Source of the DNA: Candidatus Micrarchaeia archaeon
GTDB lineage: Archaea > Micrarchaeota > Micrarchaeia > Burarchaeales > JACRGF01
Length of the DNA stretch: 17,593 nt
Assembly (NCBI GenBank): GCA_038870455.1
Contig: JAWCPB010000024.1
Coordinates: 1 to 17,593 of the forward strand
Direction: 5' to 3'
How positions within the stretch are numbered: position 1 is the first letter of the stretch; each line of letters starts with the position of its first letter. The notes under the pieces are model-generated. The model was not told where the DNA came from, ran no database searches, and worked only from the letters and a program-made list of their open reading frames with translations. Both the position numbers and the translations under genes were made by a program. This document shows, piece after piece, positions 6,627-14,200 of the stretch.

Positions 6627-7739
6627 ATGGGAGGGCTGTTCCACCGCCTGGAGGAGGAAGAGGGGGTCTTCAAGGACGAGCGGGTGCTCCTTCCGGAGTA
6701 CTTGCCCGAAGTGCTTCCCCACAGGGAAAAGGAGATTAGGGAAATCGCGCTAGCGGTGAGGCCCGCCGCGTTGGGAAAAAGGCCGGAGAATATTGTCTTG
6801 ATTGGCCCAGCAGGGACAGGCAAGACTTCCTGCGTCAGGCACGTTTTCAGGGAACTCGCAGAGTACAGCAAGCGGGCGCTGCCCATTTACATAAACTGCT
6901 GGGAGTCACCCACGAGGCACGCCGTACTATCCAAGCTCGCCAAGTCGCTCGGCGAAATCCTTCCGAGGAGGGGCATCGCGACTGACGAGATTGTCGAGCA
7001 GATTGCAGGCGCGCTGCGCAGGGAAAGGCGCGTGCCCGTGCTCGCGCTCGACGAGCTGGATCGTCTGCTCGCAAACCCGGAAGAGGCCGGCGTGCTGTAT
7101 GACTTGGCGAGGGCCAAGGAAACGCTGGGAGGCGATGTGGGGCTCGTGGGAATAACCAACAACGAGGCGTTCTTCGCAGGAATTGACGAGAGAGTGCGCT
7201 CTTCGCTGGGGAGCCGGTCCCTCGCCTTCAGGCCATATTCCCCGCCGCAGCTTAAGGACATTCTCAGGGAGAGGGCGAAAGAGGCTTTCTTCGACGGCTG
7301 CGTTGAGGCTGACGCGCTTGCCGTGTGCGCCGCGCACGGGGCAAAGCACGGCGGCGACGCGCGCGTGGCTATCGAAGCGCTGTGGAGAGCCGGCAGGGAG
7401 GCTGAGAGAGAGGGCGCGAAGGTTGTGAGCGTGCAGCATGTCAGGCGCGCCATAGCCCAAGCTCAGCCGGAGCCGAAAAAACTGGCCAAGCCCGAAGTCA
7501 GGCTAAACGAGATAGAGCAGAGGATAATTGATTTTCTGAAGAAGAGAGGCAAGGTCACCAGCGGCCAGCTGTATGCAGCCTTCGGCCATACTGACAGGTA
7601 CATTCGCGCGCACATCGACCGCCTCGAAAAGCTCGGCATCATAGAGACGCGCATACTCGAGACAAAGGAGGAAACGGGCGGCAGGGGAAAGACGAGGGCG
7701 ATCAGGCTGAAGAGCTGGCCCTTACCCGAGCGCGCTTAA
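6627..7739 (+). CDS. cdc6: Orc1/Cdc6 family AAA+ ATPase (replication initiator family)
   Basis: YLPEVLPHREKEI, Walker A GPAGTGKT, IYINC, Walker B LALDELD, FRPYS..QLKDILRER, sensor-2 GDAR, and a C-terminal winged helix. Confidence 0.93.
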   Translation: MGGLFHRLEEEEGVFKDERVLLPEYLPEVLPHREKEIREIALAVRPAALGKRPENIVLIGPAGTGKTSCVRHVFRELAEYSKRALPIYINCWESPTRHAVLSKLAKSLGEILPRRGIATDEIVEQIAGALRRERRVPVLALDELDRLLANPEEAGVLYDLARAKETLGGDVGLVGITNNEAFFAGIDERVRSSLGSRSLAFRPYSPPQLKDILRERAKEAFFDGCVEADALAVCAAHGAKHGGDARVAIEALWRAGREAEREGAKVVSVQHVRRAIAQAQPEPKKLAKPEVRLNEIEQRIIDFLKKRGKVTSGQLYAAFGHTDRYIRAHIDRLEKLGIIETRILETKEETGGRGKTRAIRLKSWPLPERA

Positions 7740-9027
7740 TGAGCTCGCCGAGCTCGTCTATATGTTGCCTTCTCTGCGACACTCCGAAAAGCGCTAAGCT
7801 CACATCATCTCTACTTCCGCTTATCTCATGGGCAAGCCCTGCGATGGCGCTCGGCAAAAGGCGCCCACGACTTTCAGCGGCAGCCAATATGCTCCTGGCA
7901 TTTGCCAGCGAGGGCTCGCTGGAATTTCTGATTTCTTCTAGCACGGCTTGCAGCTCCGCCTCATCGCTCTGACTCAATGTTCTGTGCACTTCATCAAAAC
8001 TAGCAAGTAACTCATTTATCTCTTTAGTGTTGAGAGGCCCAGAGCTCAAGCGCGCTGTAACATCGCTGAAGAATTGGCTCCATGTGCTCCATTTTGTCTC
8101 AGAGGGCTTCATGTGCTCAAATTCTGTAATATGGTTCCTGAGATAGTCCAGGATGGCCGGAAGGTCGTGTGTGTGCACTTCCTCCTCTCTCTGTCTGCCC
8201 ACAAGGATGCCAGTGTAGCGGCCGATGTTCTCGGTCATATCGTAGGTGTTTATCTCTTTGAGTTTGCCGATGGCCTCTCTCTGGCTTCCTGCGCGAATCA
8301 TCCCGAACGGTGTATTGATTTTCATGGTGGGGTGAATTTTCCTCAGGAGGCCGCGTTGGGGGTGCAGGAAGGGCAGCGCGCCGAAGAGGGGGGCGGCGAG
8401 CAGGCCGAGCGGGCCGGCCGTGAGCAGGCCGGTGAGCCCAGCGATAACGCCGAGCACTATTGCAGAAACTGGTTGCACCCACAATGGCCCGTCTCCCTCA
8501 ATGCTCCAGGCATGCCACCCCATACCCCTGTACAGATTCTTGGTGCGAAGCAGGCGGATGGCGTCAGTGATGCGGGTGTGAATGCCTCTTATAGAAAATT
8601 CATTTGGGGAATAGGGTGGGCTGACAGTCGGGGTGCCGCCTGTGGGATGCACTCCAACCGTCTCCCGCTGCTGCAGATCGTGAATACCGGCTGCAGGTGC
8701 TGTGTCGGCATTTCTTGCCCACTCCGCCCTATCCGAAAGAATCTCGCCGAGCAGCCTTTGGGTGAGCTCAACGGCCTCCCATTCATAATCGAGCTTGACT
8801 TGCTTCCATCTCCTTCGCGCGCTCACAGCTGCGTTCAGGTTTGGGGTTATATTTCGCCAGAACCATCTTTCGGGGTTTATCCATCCGTGATAGGCAAGAA
8901 AGGCGAACGGTCTCAATGACAGGGGAACGTGCGCCCGATAGTTCGCCCTCTCGTGCGCAAGACGGAGTTCTCTCTCTACAAATAGTTTGTCGATTTCAGC
9001 ACGCGCCTGGGCAAGCGGTCGCACCAT
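7702..9027 (-). CDS. Hypothetical membrane-associated protein (441 aa)
   Basis: Long ORF with a central hydrophobic Gly-rich segment (VSAIVLGVIAGLTGLLTAGPLGLLAAPLFGALPFL, about 8469-8365) and a helical C-terminus. It has a TAATG overlap with the upstream gene and a convergent 38-nt overlap with cdc6. Confidence 0.75.
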   Translation of the reverse strand: MVRPLAQARAEIDKLFVERELRLAHERANYRAHVPLSLRPFAFLAYHGWINPERWFWRNITPNLNAAVSARRRWKQVKLDYEWEAVELTQRLLGEILSDRAEWARNADTAPAAGIHDLQQRETVGVHPTGGTPTVSPPYSPNEFSIRGIHTRITDAIRLLRTKNLYRGMGWHAWSIEGDGPLWVQPVSAIVLGVIAGLTGLLTAGPLGLLAAPLFGALPFLHPQRGLLRKIHPTMKINTPFGMIRAGSQREAIGKLKEINTYDMTENIGRYTGILVGRQREEEVHTHDLPAILDYLRNHITEFEHMKPSETKWSTWSQFFSDVTARLSSGPLNTKEINELLASFDEVHRTLSQSDEAELQAVLEEIRNSSEPSLANARSILAAAESRGRLLPSAIAGLAHEISGSRDDVSLALFGVSQRRQHIDELGELIKRARVRASSSA

Positions 9028-9677
9028 TAGAGAATAGTATTTACATTTTCCTCTTTAAATAGCTTACGGCATCGGGCGGACAGTGGGCAGGCAGAACACA
9101 GCGGCCTGCTCTTCAGGCACCACCTCTTGCACAGCTCGACGATGTGCGCATGCGCGGCCTTCATTTTTTCAACATCGCCTTCCAGCTCCCTCTCAAAAAG
9201 CTCCTGTGCCGCCTCATAACCCTTTACCGGAATGGGAAACCTCTGGCACAGCCTCAGGGTATAGGCATCGATCGGCAGCACAGGCTTGTTGAATGCATAG
9301 AGAAGAATTGCATCAGCCGTCTCCTTGCCCACACCATCGAGGGCAAGGAGGCGTGCGCGCAGGGAGGGCAGGGGCAGGGAGTGGTCCAGCCTCAGCCAGG
9401 CCGCAGCCAGTTTTCTCAGCCTCCTGCTCTTCTGCCTCCAGAAGCCGGTGCAGCGGATGAGAGGGCGGATGCGCGCAAGGGGGGCGCGTGAAAGGGAACG
9501 GGGGGAAAGCAGGCGCGCCCTGCGGAGGTTGGCAAGCGCCTTCTTCGCGCTCGTCCAGGTTGTCTGCTGGGTCAGCAGCGCGCCGGCAGCAATTTCGAAT
9601 TTGGTGCTGGCCGGCCACCATCTTTCCATTCCAAAATGGGATGCCAGCCTCCTGCAAACCCACCGCGCGCAATGCAT
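9027..9677 (-). CDS. Endonuclease III-related HhH-GPD DNA glycosylase with [4Fe-4S] motif
   Basis: WWP..TKFEIAAGALLTQQTTW, HhH LDGVGKETADAILLYA, PIDAY (catalytic Asp), and C-x6-C-x2-C-x5-C (CLKSRPLCSACPLSARC). Confidence 0.9.
   Translation of the reverse strand: MHCARWVCRRLASHFGMERWWPASTKFEIAAGALLTQQTTWTSAKKALANLRRARLLSPRSLSRAPLARIRPLIRCTGFWRQKSRRLRKLAAAWLRLDHSLPLPSLRARLLALDGVGKETADAILLYAFNKPVLPIDAYTLRLCQRFPIPVKGYEAAQELFERELEGDVEKMKAAHAHIVELCKRWCLKSRPLCSACPLSARCRKLFKEENVNTIL
9046..9069 (-). promoter_or_regulatory. Candidate internal promoter for the 441-aa gene
   Basis: Minus strand reads CCGTAAGCTATTTAAAGAGGAAAA, with the TATA about 27-33 nt upstream of ATG 9027, embedded in the 3' end of the glycosylase gene. 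Confidence 0.5.
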
Positions 9678-9727
9678 GAGAAATATTTATAAGATTCGGA
9701 AATAAATTTTCTTTTGGGAGGCTTGTT
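9678..9727. promoter_or_regulatory. Divergent promoter region and SD for pdxS
   Basis: An AT-rich 50-bp spacer with TTTATAAG (9686-9693, +), TTTATTT (9706-9700, -) and GGGAGG (9716-9721) before GTG 9728. Confidence 0.55.
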
Positions 9728-10627
9728 GTGAAGAGAGTCAGGCTTTTTGGGACCCAGCGGCTTAAGGAGGGCTTTGCGAGAATGCAGAAGGGAGGGGTGA
9801 TCATGGATGTCACCACTCCGGAGCAGGCAAAGATTGCCGAGAGGGCGGGCGCGGTGGCGGTCATGGCCCTGCATGCTGTGCCCGCCGACATCAGGGCGAG
9901 CGGCGGGGTGGCGAGGATGGCCGACCCGGCGGTCATTGAGGCCATCATGGATGCGGTCACCATCCCTGTCATGGCGAAGTGCAGGATAGGCCACTTCGCC
10001 GAGGCGCAGGTTCTCGAGGCGATTGGCGTGGACATGATTGACGAGAGCGAGGTGCTCACTCCGGCCGACGAGAGCGCGCACATTGACAAGAAGGGCTTCA
10101 AGGTGCCTTTCGTGTGCGGCGCGAGGAACCTCGGCGAGGCCCTGCGCAGGATTGACGAGGGCGCGGCGATGATCAGGACAAAGGGCGAGCCCGGCACGGG
10201 GAACGTCGTGGAGGCGGTGAGGCACATGAAGCTGCTGAATGCTGGCATCGCCGAGCTCGCCGCGCTGCGGGCAAACGACAGCGCGCTGCAGAGAAAGGCC
10301 AAGGAGTACAGGGTGCCGTTTGAGCTCGTGAAGAAAACGGCGCAGCTAGACCGGCTCCCTGTGGTGAATTTCGCCGCGGGGGGCATCGCCACGCCGGCCG
10401 ACGCCGCGCTCATGATGCAGCTGGGAGCCGATGGCGTGTTTGTGGGCAGCGGCATTTTCAAGAGCAGGGCGCCTGAGAAGTTCGCCCGGGCCATTGTGGA
10501 GGCCACGAAGCACTTTGACGAGCCCAAAGTCGTGGCGAGGGTGAGCAGAGGCCTCGGTGAGCCCATGAAAGGGCTTGACGTGAAGCTTCTTTCCGACAGC
10601 GAGAAAATGCAGGTCAGGGGAATTTGA
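9728..10627 (+). CDS. pdxS: Pyridoxal 5'-phosphate synthase lyase subunit
   Basis: [56 protein letters not shown] and [10 protein letters not shown]. Confidence 0.97.
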   Translation: MKRVRLFGTQRLKEGFARMQKGGVIMDVTTPEQAKIAERAGAVAVMALHAVPADIRASGGVARMADPAVIEAIMDAVTIPVMAKCRIGHFAEAQVLEAIGVDMIDESEVLTPADESAHIDKKGFKVPFVCGARNLGEALRRIDEGAAMIRTKGEPGTGNVVEAVRHMKLLNAGIAELAALRANDSALQRKAKEYRVPFELVKKTAQLDRLPVVNFAAGGIATPADAALMMQLGADGVFVGSGIFKSRAPEKFARAIVEATKHFDEPKVVARVSRGLGEPMKGLDVKLLSDSEKMQVRGI

Positions 10628-11200
10628 TTGCGCGTCGGAGTCATCGGCGTTCAGGGGGCGGTCAGCGAGCACCTCGCCGCGGTGGAGAGGCTGGGCGCGC
10701 GCGGAGTGTGGGTGAGGCGGCCCGAGCAGCTGAAGGGGGTAAGCGCGCTCATCATTCCGGGTGGCGAATCGACAACCATATCGCGGCTGCTCGCCGAGAG
10801 TGAGCTGTTCGAACCCGTGAAAAAGCTCGGCCAGCAGGGCCTGCCAATCCTCGGCACGTGCGCGGGCCTCATCCTGCTGGCGAAAAAAGGCGACGCGCAG
10901 GTGGCCCGCACGGGCCAGCGGCTGCTGGGGCTCATGGACATGAAGATAACGAGAAATGCTTTCGGCAGGCAGAGAGAGAGCTTTGAGGAAGAGGTGGAGG
11001 TGGCGGGCGTGGGCCGCGTGGTGGGCGTTTTCATCCGCGCGCCGGCCATCGACAAGACTTTTGGGAAATGCATTCCGCTCGCCAGCATTGATGGCCGCAT
11101 CGTGGCCGCGCGGCAGGAAAACCTGCTGGCCACCGCCTTCCACCCCGAGCTCACCGACGACTTGAGGATTCACCAGTTCTTTCTCGATTTCGTCCGATAA
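10628..11200 (+). CDS. pdxT: Pyridoxal 5'-phosphate synthase glutaminase subunit
   Basis: QGAVSEH, PGGESTT, GTCAG (catalytic Cys), RNAFGRQ, FIRAP and FHPE (His/Glu). TTG start directly after pdxS. Confidence 0.96.
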   Translation: MRVGVIGVQGAVSEHLAAVERLGARGVWVRRPEQLKGVSALIIPGGESTTISRLLAESELFEPVKKLGQQGLPILGTCAGLILLAKKGDAQVARTGQRLLGLMDMKITRNAFGRQRESFEEEVEVAGVGRVVGVFIRAPAIDKTFGKCIPLASIDGRIVAARQENLLATAFHPELTDDLRIHQFFLDFVR

Positions 11201-11234
11201 GCATATTTTAAAGAGGAGAAGGCGCAATAATTTT
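11194..11234 (+). promoter_or_regulatory. Promoter of the giant-protein operon
   Basis: TTTTAAAG at 11206-11213 is 22-29 nt upstream of ATG 11235 (leaderless spacing). Confidence 0.6.
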
Positions 11235-14200
11235 ATGCGCGCCGCGCTCGTCCTGCTGTTGTTGGCCGCGCTCGCCGCCGCCGATGAGCAGTGCACGGGA
11301 TGCACGGTCACCAACCTTAACCTCAAACTCTATGAGGCGGAGACGGGCTACCAAGCCGAGGCCGAGCTCAGCTATGTCCGCGTGACGGCAGTCTCGTTTC
11401 CACCCTTTTTTGATGTTGGGAAGATAACGCAGCCCGTGCCCGAGGCTGGGGAGGGCAACAGGCTCGAGCGAGGGCCGCTCGCGGGCGAAAGCATCTCATT
11501 CTACTACTATGATGCAGGGCAGAAGGCTTATGTGCTGCTATGCGGGCCGGTCACCACCGATCCCAATGGACTGGCGGTGTGCAGCCTATCTGGCATTCCC
11601 GCCACGAGCACTTGCACCAACATAAAAGCAAACTACTCGGGCAGGGAAGAGTACAAGCCAAGCGAGAGCGCCAGGCTCATCCACTGCCCGGCAAGCGCCA
11701 TGCCATTCTCACTGACCAACATATTCGGCTCCGAGACGCAGCGCATGGGTTACGCCTGCCTTCCCCTGTTCATACTGGCAGGCCTTTTGTTTTCTTACAT
11801 GTACGTGGTTGGCAAGAGTCCCCTCACGTTGTTTGATATTACCACCCCGCGCTTGCCCAAGCCCAAGAAGCTGGCATTCAAAAGAGTGAGAAGGCCGGAG
11901 GGCTGGAAACAGGCCACTCGGGTATACGGGCTGGCGAGCATTGGTTTTGCCAGCACGTTTGCCCGCATCTCCGAGGCATACGCCAAGCAGCTCAAAGAGG
12001 TCGCTCATAGCATGCTCCAGCCATCCGAGGCAAACGCCGTGGCCAGGGATATTGACAGCGCGCTGGCAAAGAGAAAATCTGAAGAGAGGGCGCTAGCGCT
12101 CGAGGCCGTGTATGACCGACTAGTGAGGGAATACAGAAGACAGGGCGAGCCCTCCGCGCTCGCGTTTGCCATGAGCAGGCTCCAAAGGACGCGCTACGGC
12201 GTGCTGCGTTTTGTCGAATCCGAGAAGGTGCACGCCGAGGCAGAGAAGATAGTGCACGCGGCCGCAGGCATACCGCGCTGGACGACAAGAGGCATCCGAA
12301 TTCCGGGCACAAGATACTATGCTCAAGTTCCCGGGCTGGTGTTTGCTGGCGAGGCGTACGGCTCGGTGAAGATGGTGGTAGGTGTGGGGTTGAGAGCGCT
12401 GCGGGCCGGCACAGCCGGCCTCGCCCTTCTCGGTGTGAAAGCGGCAAAACGGGTCACTCACATCCCAACAGGCGCCGAGGAATGGCTGCGGAGGCAGGCA
12501 GGCTTTCTCACCCAGCTGGCAGGGCAGTACGTGGTCGACCACCAAGAGGATCTGCGGGAGATTGTCGAACACAAGATGCCCAACGAGGTGAAGGCGCAGC
12601 TCATCCTGAGGCTCAGCCGGGAGCTCGCCGCCACAGCAAAGCTGCTCAATGCAAGCGACATCGAAGTGCTGCGCGTGCGCGCGCTCAACCCGGAGAATGG
12701 TGACAGGCGCTTCGAGGAGCTGTCCAATGTGGCGGCCAACGCCCACACAGCGCTGTTGGGTGAGTTCAACAGGCTATATGCCGATGCCGAGAATCCGGCG
12801 ACAGCAGCCCGACTCGCCGCGCTGAATGGCATGATGATGGAGCTGACAGAGGCGTGGAGCACGTGCATGAGCCACTGGAATAACCTGAGCCTGATAGAGG
12901 CGGAATGGCGGGGGCGGCGCATGAGCGAGGAGGATTACCACAGGAGGGTGAGGGAGATTGCCGATGAGGTGCTCGCATTCAACCAGCGCTTCATTGAGAG
13001 GGAGAGACAGGAAGCTGCCCGGCAAGGGAGATATCCCACCACTGCCGATGTGGAGTGGGAGCTTGACAGGCAGTTTCTGCTCACCGACCCTCATGAAAGG
13101 AGGTTTGAGACTTTCTCCAGGCTTACAAGTGATTTGGCACGCAGGCCCACGCTGAATTTGGGGGAATTTGAGGAGAGGGCGCGGACTGGCGTCATCAATG
13201 CTCTTGGCGATGGGGCTGCGGACTACAGGGAGGGAGTGCTCGAGCGCACCTACGGCCCGCTTGGTGAGGCGCGCAGGCAGCAGATCATGCTGGAGGAACT
13301 CAGGGAGCTGGCGAGAAGGCGCGGCATCGGCGTGACCGCCGAGAGTCTCGAGGAGCTGAGGGCACAACTCATTCAGCAGGGCGGCGAGGAGTGCGTGCGC
13401 GACATCGCGGTTATCGAGAGGACGTGGCGCGAGCGGTATGTCGATGAGCAGAGGCTTCACATGCTCGAGGGATTCGCCGAGCAGCAGGGCATACAGAATC
13501 TCGCAGAGCTCGCGCGCAGGCAAGACATGCTGCGCGCGGTGGGCGAGTCGATGGAGCGCGTGATGGGAGAATACAACAGGCCGCGCGAAAACGCAATCAA
13601 CGCGCTCGCCGATGAGCTCATCAGCGCGGGCGTGCTGGACGCGGGCGTGAAGAAGCGGCCGCTGGCGCAGAGGATAATGCGCATTTCTGAGGCCGAGTCA
13701 AACAACAGAAGGACAGTCAACATACTGCTGAGGGCGGCCAGAAAGGCTGGGCGCATCAGGGAGGACCTCACGCGGCTCAGGTTCGTGGATGCTGCGCTCC
13801 ATGATGAGCTTCGCACGGCCGATCCTGCAAGGAGGGAGGAGTTGCTGCGTGTCAACCTTGAAAGGCTTTTCGATGCCGGCTGTCTGGTTCACGTCGGAGC
13901 TACAGAGGGCGCCACCGTGCGCAGGAGGGACTTCTGGAGCCTGGTGGACATACTCGAGAGCACGGGGCTGGCGCGTAGGGAGCGCGGCCGGGTGATCGTT
14001 GAGACGGAGGGCGAGCGGGCCGAGATCATCGACACAAGAAGAAGGCTCGATGAGCTCGGCGTGCTGAGGCCCGGAGGGGCGGTCACCTATGAGATGACAC
14101 AGCAACTGCCCATGATAGCGCAGGCAACGGGCTGGTACGTCTTCCCGATTGACGATCCCAAGGCAATCAACACCATCAGACTATCCAAAGACGACGTGCC

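Noticed and set aside
5772-6722. 316-aa minus-strand ORF
   Set aside because: It overlaps three better-supported plus-strand genes and has no motifs.
9313-11326. Minus-strand ORFs of 443 aa and 326 aa
   Set aside because: Antisense shadows of the clearly conserved pdxS/pdxT in GC-rich DNA.
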